Positions 48,362 through 56,652 of a stretch of DNA of 64,000 bases are shown here, piece by piece. The translations under genes were made by a program, and so were the position numbers. The DNA lies in contig JAXCHI010000004.1 in assembly GCA_033977065.1 (NCBI GenBank), positions 320,001 to 384,000 of the forward strand, read 5' to 3'. This stretch comes from Candidatus Algichlamydia australiensis (GTDB taxonomy: Bacteria; Chlamydiota; Chlamydiia; Chlamydiales; JAJFMI01). Every line of letters begins with the position of its first letter. The stretch's first letter is position 1. The notes beneath the pieces are model-generated. The model worked only from the letters and a program-made list of their open reading frames with translations. It did no database searches and was not told where the DNA came from.

Positions 48362-48817
48362 CTATCTAGCATCTCTTAAAAGAGCGTCTTTTTTTGAGAG
48401 GTAGTCGAGAGCTAGACGCTCTTCCGCGCGCATCTGTTTTTGTTCGTCTTCGGTTCTATCTTTGAATCCCAGAAGATGGAGGAGGCCATGAACAATGTAG
48501 AGAGCGCACTCATCAAAGGGGTCTTCACCGATTTCTTTTCCTTTTTCAACGGCGACTTCTGGACAGACAAAAATTTCCCCTAAAACAATGCAAAGTTTTT
48601 GATCGGGGGGATCGATAGGAAAAGTCATGCAATCTGTTGGAGAGGGGTCTGCAAAGTATTTTGCATGCATCGTGCAGATGCTGTTTTTATCAACAAAGTG
48701 CAGAATTACTTCTTGGCAGAAGATTTTTTTCCATTTAAGAAAAGTTTTCACAAGGCGCTCAATTCTAGTGTGGTCGAGATCAAGCGCTTGTTGAGAGTCG
48801 TAAACCGTGACGTGCAA
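48362..48817 (-). CDS. ybeY: rRNA maturation endoribonuclease
   Basis: PTDCMTFP, LGEIFVC and HGLLHLLGFKD motifs. Confidence 0.93.
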   Translation of the reverse strand: MHVTVYDSQQALDLDHTRIERLVKTFLKWKKIFCQEVILHFVDKNSICTMHAKYFADPSPTDCMTFPIDPPDQKLCIVLGEIFVCPEVAVEKGKEIGEDPFDECALYIVHGLLHLLGFKDRTEDEQKQMRAEERLALDYLSKKDALLRDAR

Positions 48818-48979
48818 TTATTTTGCAACAGGGGTTTTAGGAAGATTTGTTACGCGCTTGTTATCGCCATCTTTCCAACGACCAAGTGAACGTAACACAT
48901 CAATGCGCTCAAAACGCTTGAGAACGTTGCGTTTTTTCCCGCCTTTTCCACTCTTTCCGTAACTGCGGTGTCTAGACAT
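48818..48979 (-). CDS. PVC-type small basic protein
   Basis: MSRHRSYGK...RNVLKRFERI; AGGAGG RBS. Confidence 0.85.
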   Translation of the reverse strand: MSRHRSYGKSGKGGKKRNVLKRFERIDVLRSLGRWKDGDNKRVTNLPKTPVAK

Positions 48980-49154
48980 CTTTGCCTCCTGGAATAAAGG
49001 TAAGTACTTCACCCTGTGTGGTGATGTTATTTGTGTGTTCGCGGTATCCCTTTGGGAGGTTGTCCTTTTTGGGTCCTGTTTTCTCAGCAGCGTTATAGTG
49101 ACGCTTGCGAGGAGAGCGGTGACGTCGCTCGCCCTTCTTACTCATGCGTGTCAT
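48972..49154 (-). CDS. Small basic conserved chlamydial protein
   Basis: MTRMSKK...SPRKR; operonic overlap with the next gene. Confidence 0.7.
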   Translation of the reverse strand: MTRMSKKGERRHRSPRKRHYNAAEKTGPKKDNLPKGYREHTNNITTQGEVLTFIPGGKDV

Positions 49155-49203
49155 GAAATTTCTCCAATCTTTCAGCTAATTATAGAGAAGATTAACAATT
49201 CGT

Positions 49204-49608
49204 TCAAGAGGTCAACGTGATTTGAAAACCTTTTTCTTTATAGGCTTTATAACGGGATTTTGAAACTGCAGGCTGGGTGCGATCATCAAACTCATAGACG
49301 GTAGTGAAAGAAAATTTAGAATTGTCAATGGGGTGAGCTGTAAGGTTGAAAACTGTGTGCGCTTTATTGGGATTGCACTCTAAACAAGTAATTGCAATTA
49401 ACTCCTCTGTAGGACGGTCTGTTGCTACATGAGGAAGAAAAGAGCCAACAGGCTCTTTCCAAAGAAGGGTGTCAATATACTCTTTCGCCTTTTCGTTAGG
49501 AGCTAAAAAAAGCAAAGGCTCTCGCTTTTCAAAATGTTTATATGAAACCTTAAGGATACCCTTTAGCTTTTCTTGTGGGTTTTGAATCGTAATGAAAACT
49601 ACTTTCAC
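49204..49608 (-). CDS. holC: DNA polymerase III chi subunit-like protein
   Basis: DTLLW...SFLPH and RYKAYKEKG motifs. Confidence 0.8.
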   Translation of the reverse strand: MKVVFITIQNPQEKLKGILKVSYKHFEKREPLLFLAPNEKAKEYIDTLLWKEPVGSFLPHVATDRPTEELIAITCLECNPNKAHTVFNLTAHPIDNSKFSFTTVYEFDDRTQPAVSKSRYKAYKEKGFQITLTS

Positions 49609-50243
49609 TCTTTCTCCTTAGGGTCAAAAAGTCCGCATGAAACTAAAAATTTCAATACTTCTTCGCCCTTCATATCGACTTGCGAAATCTGCTCTTGTTC
49701 CATTAGCAGTAAAAATCCGGAAATAGGGTGGGGCGCTGTTGGGACAAAAACGGAGTGAACATCCTTGCAATCAGGAAGTTTTTTCTCCACTTCTTTAGGA
49801 GCTTTTGCTGTTTTAAATCCGAGGGCGTGCGCTTTTGAGTGAGGGAATTTTACCAGTACACAATTTTTAAAGACGTTTTCTGTCTTTCCGAGCACAGCTT
49901 CACTCACTTCCCTTGTCGTTCTGTAGATGAAGCGCACAAGGGGGATGCGCTCGAAAATGCGATCGGTTATGCGGACAAAATAGCCAAGGAAGAGTTTTTG
50001 TGTGCAAAAGCCAAGAACGACAATGAAAATCACAAGAAGGATCAGAGCTATAATACGTGAGGTCCAGAGAAAGAGTTCTCTATGAGCGATAAATTTATAA
50101 ATTTGTGCATCGAATTGGTGAAAAAAGTCTTCTACTAGGCCGACAAACGGAGCCGTAAGGAGCTTGATGATCCATATAACAATGATTGCAGTGATAGTTA
50201 GCGGTAGGAGCGTGGCAAGACCAGTAATAAAATACTTCTTCAT
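49605..50243 (-). CDS. DUF502 membrane protein
   Basis: FITGL..LLPL, RIPLV and VFVPTAPHPISGFLL motifs. Confidence 0.9.
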   Translation of the reverse strand: MKKYFITGLATLLPLTITAIIVIWIIKLLTAPFVGLVEDFFHQFDAQIYKFIAHRELFLWTSRIIALILLVIFIVVLGFCTQKLFLGYFVRITDRIFERIPLVRFIYRTTREVSEAVLGKTENVFKNCVLVKFPHSKAHALGFKTAKAPKEVEKKLPDCKDVHSVFVPTAPHPISGFLLLMEQEQISQVDMKGEEVLKFLVSCGLFDPKEKE

Positions 50244-50887
50244 GTGTTTACAGGCATATGTTCAGGTGTGATGACACCGCAAGATACGATGTACTTGATC
50301 GCTGTTTCAGGCTTCATGTCCAAAAAGGTAATATCCTCCTCTGCATACATTAAGAGAAAACCTGTGGTCGGGTTGGGGGTTGTCGGAATCAAAACAGAGA
50401 AAAGTTTTTTGCCCGCCTTTTCTGAACAGGTTTTTGGTGACTCCCGTGATACAAGGCCTAAGATATAACTTCCCTCCTTAGGAAAGGGAACCATCACAAC
50501 TTGTTTAAAGCTCGTCTTATCTGTGACAAAGAGCGTTTTGATAATCTCTTGCGTGGTCTTATATACTTTATTCACCAGCGGAATGCGATGCAAAATCCGA
50601 TCGCTTAGACTGATAAGCGACTTAAAGAAAAACCAGCGAGCGATCATTCCTAGTAAGATTGTAAAGGCAAAAATTCCTAAGAGAATGAGCAGTTGAGAGC
50701 CGTAGCGAATTAGCTGTTCAGGAGAAAGAAAGAGAAAACCTCGGTTAGCAATTCCTGTATTTCGTAAAAAGTCTGTCATTGCCCCAATAAAGGGTTGTGT
50801 CAAAAAGTTTACGATAAAAAAGATAATCGCAATCGTAACAGCAAGTGGGAGAAGAATGACCATCCCCGTAATAAAGTACTTCTTCAT
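50240..50887 (-). CDS. DUF502 membrane protein
   Basis: FITG..ILLPL and PTTPNPTTGFLL motifs. Confidence 0.9.
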   Translation of the reverse strand: MKKYFITGMVILLPLAVTIAIIFFIVNFLTQPFIGAMTDFLRNTGIANRGFLFLSPEQLIRYGSQLLILLGIFAFTILLGMIARWFFFKSLISLSDRILHRIPLVNKVYKTTQEIIKTLFVTDKTSFKQVVMVPFPKEGSYILGLVSRESPKTCSEKAGKKLFSVLIPTTPNPTTGFLLMYAEEDITFLDMKPETAIKYIVSCGVITPEHMPVNT

Positions 50888-50902
50888 TCTTACGAGTATA
50901 GC

Positions 50903-51913
50903 TTACAAAACATTACTTGCAAGGTAGGCATTGATTTCATTAATTATTTCTTCGATGATTTTTGGTAGATCTAGATCATAAGCTTGATTTGCAACTGACA
51001 AATAATGCGCGCTCCATAATCTTTGTAAGCTCTTAAGTGCACCATCCGAGAAATTTACAAGACCAGCAGCTGTTTTTCTTTTAGAAAAAGTTTTATGCAC
51101 CTGCTTTCGTAATTTTTCCGTATTCAGCCTCTCTTTGTTTTTCAGAATTATAAATAAATCGTGATAATCTTTCATCCTGCTGTTTAATGAACCTTTTGAA
51201 ATCACTGTTTCAACTTTTTCTGAAAAAATAGCCCCGATTGGGTAAGTTTTTAAAACAATATCTCCTAGAAATAAAGGATTGTTTCGAAATTTCACTTGTG
51301 GGATTTCTCTTTCTGTCGGTTCGACAAGATCTCCAATGCCTATATCTAATCGAATTTGGTCTCGCATGGCTCCAAAATTCGCAGATAAAAATATACGAAA
51401 TCCAGGGTATAGCATGTGCCTTTGCATTAACGATTTAATTTTAACTAAATGAAATGCAAATCCATCTTCAAGTCGCATTGAAGCAATTTCTTCGAAAACA
51501 TAGTATAGCCTTGATTCTTCTGCATCAATTTGTCTAAGTAAAAAACTCAAGTTGCTACCCCCTTCCTCCTCTGGAGAGACCCTTTTTGCGATCTGTTTAG
51601 TTTAAAATTTCAGAAATGTTTAACAAACATTCCTTCAATTTGAAACGAAACATCTCATCAAAAATCCCTCTCTCCATAGGCGAAACTGGGTAGCAACTTG
51701 AGTTAAAAAGTCTAAATCGACAGTTTCTCGACCAATTCTCAGCAGGTAGGAAAGAAGAAAACCACCTTTAAAAACAAGCTTTTCACGATAGGGAGAAAGC
51801 GAAATTCTTGCTAAAAATCGTTCAAGCAATAGTCTCTTCCAACAATAGTTGAAAGAGACGTTGTTTCTTGCTGCAATGATCCTAATGCGATCTTTTAGTG
51901 TTTGTTCATTCAA
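50903..51913 (-). pseudogene. AbiEii-type nucleotidyltransferase toxin interrupted by a MITE
   Basis: The N part has ERFLAR, FKGG and RETVDLD; the C part has SRMKDYHD. Both parts are in the same frame, separated by a 165-nt insertion. Confidence 0.9.
51545..51703 (+). mobile_element. MITE family A, full-length 159 bp
   Basis: 16-bp TIRs ACTCAAGTTGCTACCC and 6-bp TSD TAAAAA. Confidence 0.95.
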
Positions 51914-52490
51914 TTACCAATGCCATGAGATAGGGTTCGATTCTTACCCTAAACTTTTTAGCATATGCTTGTATTTTTGGAATACTAATGGGATCTTTTT
52001 TGTTTTCTAGTGCACTCTTCAGCGAAGAAATAGCGATTTCAGGTCCAAGAAAACGAAACGTATCGATAATTGTACGTTCACGATCAAAGATAGGAATTTT
52101 TGTTCCCATGAGGTCAATTTCAGTTTTTCCAAGCTCAATGTTTCGAGTGCGCGTAAGGCGCACTTCAGGCTTAACTTTTATCGAAGTATTATGGTCGATC
52201 GCAATCCAGTGTTGACGAGGAAGCTGGTCAGTAATTTCATAAACTGCAAGAGCTGATGTTAGGCAAATAACCCCGCTTTTAATGGAGAGGGCTGTTTCAA
52301 TAAGATCTTCCCACTGAAAAAAGGGCTCTTCATAATCTGAAAATTTATATACCCCATGCCGAATGCGTTGGATAAGTTTCAGCTTTGCATAGTAGCTAAG
52401 TTGTGCTGAACTGATTCCATGAGCATGGGCATCCTTTGTAAAAAATACTGGAGTAGCTCGCAGAGCTTGAAGTTTTTCAATAAGTTCCAT
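51906..52490 (-). CDS. AbiEi type IV antitoxin
   Basis: N-terminal wHTH (RIRHGVY) plus SALAVYEIT and DRERTIID; overlaps the toxin start. Confidence 0.9.
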   Translation of the reverse strand: MELIEKLQALRATPVFFTKDAHAHGISSAQLSYYAKLKLIQRIRHGVYKFSDYEEPFFQWEDLIETALSIKSGVICLTSALAVYEITDQLPRQHWIAIDHNTSIKVKPEVRLTRTRNIELGKTEIDLMGTKIPIFDRERTIIDTFRFLGPEIAISSLKSALENKKDPISIPKIQAYAKKFRVRIEPYLMALVIE

Positions 52491-52496
52491 GTCTGT

Positions 52497-52545
52497 ATTT
52501 TAATATTAACACCCAATAACGTCAAATGGGTGTTAATATTAAAAT
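52497..52545 (-). promoter_or_regulatory. abiE promoter within a 19-bp inverted repeat
   Basis: ATTTTAATATTAACACCCA-N11-TGGGTGTTAATATTAAAAT, containing TTGACG-N17-TAAAAT on the minus strand. Confidence 0.8.
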
Positions 52546-53105
52546 TTTAGAAGAAATCGGTAGGGGAGTTTGGCATCTTCCCCTGCATAATCCACACCAA
52601 TACGGGGCGTGGTTTGAATTTCTCCAACTAGATTCGGATTCTCTTGTAGAAAGATCTGGTTGCGGGTGAGAGAAAGTCCTGTATGAGAGGTGGTGATCCC
52701 AAGTGCTTGGGTAAGGGTGCCAGGACCAGAAGAGAGGGGGCTGCGATTTTTGCGACGCTCTCTCATGATGGGTATTCCGTGCGTAGGATGAATTGCTCGG
52801 ATGAGAATGGCGTGGGGTGTATCTTTTTTGTGCGTAACAATATTGAAAAGGTGATGCATGCCGTAGCAGAGGTAGACGTAAGCGATGCCACCGGCTGCGA
52901 ACATAGGTTCGGTTCGGTTGGTGCGACGATTGCCAAATGCGTGGCAGGCGCGATCAGTGGCACCAAGATATGCCTCTGTTTCTATAATAATACCACCTGT
53001 TAGTTGGTTGTTAAAATTGGTGAAGAGTGTTTTTCCAAGGAGAGACTTTGCAAGAGCTGTTGTGTCTTCTTGTCGAAAGTAGTCGAGAGTTAGAAGATTC
53101 TCCAT
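52539..53105 (-). CDS. 3-methyladenine DNA glycosylase (MPG/AAG family)
   Basis: IIETEAY, AYVYLCYGMHH, GPGTLTQALGI and PRIGV motifs. Confidence 0.95.
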   Translation of the reverse strand: MENLLTLDYFRQEDTTALAKSLLGKTLFTNFNNQLTGGIIIETEAYLGATDRACHAFGNRRTNRTEPMFAAGGIAYVYLCYGMHHLFNIVTHKKDTPHAILIRAIHPTHGIPIMRERRKNRSPLSSGPGTLTQALGITTSHTGLSLTRNQIFLQENPNLVGEIQTTPRIGVDYAGEDAKLPYRFLLKF

Positions 53106-53160
53106 CTCTAAATAGTTTATGCAAGAATAAGAAGGTAGTCAAGTGGTGGGACTTTCTTAC

Positions 53161-53321
53161 GGAAACTCTGAACAACTCATCCACCGATATCTCGGCCGAG
53201 AAATTCTAGAAAAGATTATTTTCAATCTCCAATAACTGTATACAGTTATTTACGGTCTCCAAATAACCTTTTTTAGAATTTTCGGCTCGACCTATCGGTA
53301 CAGCAGTTGTTCAGTGCTTCC
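53161..53321 (-). mobile_element. MITE family C (IS5-like ends)
   Basis: TIRs GGAAACTCTGAACAACT / AGTTGTTCAGTGCTTCC and 4-bp TSD TTAC. Confidence 0.9.
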
Positions 53322-53483
53322 TTACCGAAAGCTTGAATCTTAAAATCAAGGTTCTGTTTAACTGTACCCAAAAGCAGTACAGTAGAAATTGTTAACTCTT
53401 GTATTGCAGTCCGCTCTATGCTTTAAGGATGGTTTTTTCAAAAGGGGCATACACGAACTCTTAATTTTGCTACAATTGCTACC

Positions 53484-54629
53484 ATGGAAACAAACTTTGA
53501 AGAAAATATCTACGATTTGATAGAGGAGTTGGCACATTTCCAATATTATATCGAATCTGTAGATCGTATTTGGGATATCTTATTTCCAGATAACAAAAAC
53601 AAGTATCATCATATCAGAATTTCCCACTCGTATGATCTCTTTTACCTATTCCATATGGATGGCAATCTTTGCAATTTAGAGGTTGAAAAAAACAAGTGTG
53701 TGCGGGCTGGATCATCATTTGGTTCTCGCTCGTGTGATGATGGGAGTGAGTTTTTTGCCAAGGTTTGGAATCCTTTAATTACTTCTGCTCTAAAGTGGCT
53801 TCGCTTTGCAAAGAAAAATTGGATTAAAGCTGCCAAAGAGGTATATGCGTCTTATCCTCTTAACCGCCGCTATGGAGTCGTTTCCAACTCTTTTGTAAAA
53901 GCTTCGCTACAAAATCTCTATCATATTGACAAAGAGCTAGGAAAAACAAAAACGAAAAAATTTATTCGTTTAGTTGAGCAAGGATATTTTCATAAAAGCG
54001 AAAATACAACTCGAGAAACAATGACAGCCAATGATTTTTTTGAGTACTGTAAAATTGCCTACATAGCAGGCAAGCGAAAAGAGGACTATGTTGATGAAAA
54101 TTTGACAGGGCGCGAAATGTATGAGCGCTACGCTGATGGGCGTGATGAGGGTCTTTTAGAGATTTCCCCCGATTCGAAAATTGAATTTGCCGATTGGATT
54201 GATGGTAAACATCCGAAAAAATCGAGCGGTGGACATCCTTGGGAAATTAAACGAGGTGGCAATACTACCCACATTGATCTTTCCGTCTCACGCCCTTTAT
54301 ATTATCGAGATGAGGGTTTTACAGTCTCTCTGTGTGGGGCTTCTGCTGGCCGACTAAAGGAAACAGTTTGTATGTTTTTGGCTATTCAAAAAGCAGGTCT
54401 ACCCATTACGATTCATGATCCAGAAGGAATTCGAAAGAGGCTTCTTGCTCAAGACAATATTGGTATTATCCCCTGTCATCACTCGCTGCATCGAGCAAAT
54501 CAGCATTTTCATGAGCATGAAGATGTCTATGATGTTCTCTACTTTGATGATTTAGGAAGATTTAAGCAGAGGATCAAACCCTTTGTTCTTTGGGAACCGC
54601 TGCCAATTCTTAAACCTTTAACTCTGTGA
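53484..54629 (+). CDS. Hypothetical protein
   Basis: 381-aa ORF with conserved-looking ADGRDEGL and GGHPWEI..GGNTTHIDL segments; no family recognised. Confidence 0.75.
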   Translation: METNFEENIYDLIEELAHFQYYIESVDRIWDILFPDNKNKYHHIRISHSYDLFYLFHMDGNLCNLEVEKNKCVRAGSSFGSRSCDDGSEFFAKVWNPLITSALKWLRFAKKNWIKAAKEVYASYPLNRRYGVVSNSFVKASLQNLYHIDKELGKTKTKKFIRLVEQGYFHKSENTTRETMTANDFFEYCKIAYIAGKRKEDYVDENLTGREMYERYADGRDEGLLEISPDSKIEFADWIDGKHPKKSSGGHPWEIKRGGNTTHIDLSVSRPLYYRDEGFTVSLCGASAGRLKETVCMFLAIQKAGLPITIHDPEGIRKRLLAQDNIGIIPCHHSLHRANQHFHEHEDVYDVLYFDDLGRFKQRIKPFVLWEPLPILKPLTL

Positions 54630-54630
54630 G

Positions 54631-56499
54631 CTATGAAAGGATTTTCCAGTCGGTAGTTTGCTCGATAAGGTCGACGTGTTCGAGTTCTACTTTGAGGCGG
54701 GTGCCTGGCGTAAAGTGGCGGCCAGTGCGCTCGCCTAAAAGATCGCCCTGTTTAGGGTCAAAAATATAGTAGTCAGAGCCTATTTCTGAGATGTGGACGA
54801 AGGATTCGATCATGAGAGGTTCGATGTTGAGTATTAAGCCAAAAGGTTTAATTTTAGAGACGAGGGCTTCAAAATGCACACGCTTTTTCTTTTTTTGTAG
54901 GTAGTTAAGGAGACGAAGCTTTTTGAGGTTGAGGACGCTGGATTCGGCGCGGAAAGAGAGACGCTCTTGCTCAGAGAGGTGAGAGGCGATTTGTTCGATG
55001 TTTTCTGAAGGGATTTTGTCGAAAAGAAGACGGTGGACGATGAGATCGCTGTAGCGGCGAATGGGACTTGTAAAATGGGTATAATGCTCAAGGGAGAGGC
55101 CGTAATGGCCAACGTTTTCGGGTGAGTAGGTCGCCAATTTCATACTGCGGATAAAGGCGACTGAAATCTGCTTTTCGTGTGGTGTGCCGCGCGCGCTATC
55201 GAAAAGTTTTTGGATTTCAGCGGGAGTAGGGTTCGCTGTGAGAGGAAAGCCGAGGAGGCGAGCAACAGCGTAGAAATCTTCCAAATTTTCTTCTGCCGGT
55301 GTATCATGGATCCGAAAAATTCCTTTAACACCACGCTTGAGAAGTGTACCAGCGACGATTTCATTCGCTTTAAGCATAAATTCTTCCACCATCTGGTGGG
55401 TGATGTCATACTCTTCCAAGCGGTAGCCTGTGGGGACGCCTTTGTCGTTGATTTCAAGGATAAGTTCCGGCATGGCAAGATCGACGCTGCCGCGCTTACG
55501 ACGTAAGTTTTTGAGCAGGCTACAGAGCTTGGTCATTAGCTGTAGTGTTTTTTTGTGTGGGCTCTTTTTTTTATTTTCTAAAACCTCACGCGCTTGTGAG
55601 TAGGTAAAGCGTTTTTTACTCTGAATAACTGAGCGGTAAATTTCATGGTTTTGTAGGTTGCCGTTTTCATCAAATTCCATCTCAACGGTAGCTGCAAGAC
55701 GATCTACTTTTTCTTTGAGGCTGCAGAGGTTGTTGGAGAGCTCTTCTGGCAGCATGGGGATACAGCGTTTTGGAAAGTAGGTGGAGTTAGCGCGTTTTTT
55801 AGCTTCAACATCGAGAGGAGAATCGGGGAGGACATAAGCAGAAACATCCGCTATATGGACAAAGAGACGGTAGCCTTGTGGGGTGGTTTCGACAAAAAGG
55901 GCGTCATCGAAATCTTTGGCAGTTGTGGGGTCGATGGTCACGCAAGGTTGATCAGTGAGGTCGCGACGGTTTTTTTTGTCAGAGGAGCTTACCTCTTTGC
56001 CATACTTTTTTGCGTTGCTGACAACGCTTTTGGGGAAAGAGGCGCTCAGTTCGAATTCGAGCAGGGCAACATCTACATCGATGGCAGCGTTTTTAATCGA
56101 TCCTAGATTTTTTTTAAGACTGCAAGTAATAAGATCTTCATTCCAATCTGTGACGGTGATGAGAACTCGATCCCCTTCCGAGAGGTTTTTTGGCTTTGGA
56201 ATGCAAACATATTTCTCAGGGCCAAGAACAGGCACGAAAACTTCGGCCTCGTCGCGGTCGACATCGCGAACGATCCCGATCAGGTCTTTGCGATTGCGTT
56301 TAATGATTTTGAGAACGCGCCCTTCTGGACCTTTACTGCTCAATTTTGGTGAAATTTTAGCTAGGACGGTGTCTCCATCAGCTGCAGAGGCGATGTGAGG
56401 CTTGGGTATAAAAATGTCATCTCCGCCTTCTACAAGAACGAATCCAAATCCACGGGGGTGAACACGTATTGTACTGATGATTTCATTGCTTTTTTTCAT
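54631..56499 (-). CDS. rnr: Ribonuclease R
   Basis: HPRGFGF, TIDP..AKDFDDA and HFTSPIRRYSDL motifs plus an S1 domain. Confidence 0.95.
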   Translation of the reverse strand: MKKSNEIISTIRVHPRGFGFVLVEGGDDIFIPKPHIASAADGDTVLAKISPKLSSKGPEGRVLKIIKRNRKDLIGIVRDVDRDEAEVFVPVLGPEKYVCIPKPKNLSEGDRVLITVTDWNEDLITCSLKKNLGSIKNAAIDVDVALLEFELSASFPKSVVSNAKKYGKEVSSSDKKNRRDLTDQPCVTIDPTTAKDFDDALFVETTPQGYRLFVHIADVSAYVLPDSPLDVEAKKRANSTYFPKRCIPMLPEELSNNLCSLKEKVDRLAATVEMEFDENGNLQNHEIYRSVIQSKKRFTYSQAREVLENKKKSPHKKTLQLMTKLCSLLKNLRRKRGSVDLAMPELILEINDKGVPTGYRLEEYDITHQMVEEFMLKANEIVAGTLLKRGVKGIFRIHDTPAEENLEDFYAVARLLGFPLTANPTPAEIQKLFDSARGTPHEKQISVAFIRSMKLATYSPENVGHYGLSLEHYTHFTSPIRRYSDLIVHRLLFDKIPSENIEQIASHLSEQERLSFRAESSVLNLKKLRLLNYLQKKKKRVHFEALVSKIKPFGLILNIEPLMIESFVHISEIGSDYYIFDPKQGDLLGERTGRHFTPGTRLKVELEHVDLIEQTTDWKILS

Positions 56500-56652
56500 C
56501 CTCTCATTGTACCACAGGCGAGCTCCTTCGACAAACGAATTGGAAAAAGAAAAAACTTCATCAAGGGTATTGCAAAGGAAAAATAAGATTTGTTAATGTG
56601 TTTTCATCGATATTGTAAAGTAAAATTAGAATTGTGAACCCAGGAGGAACGC

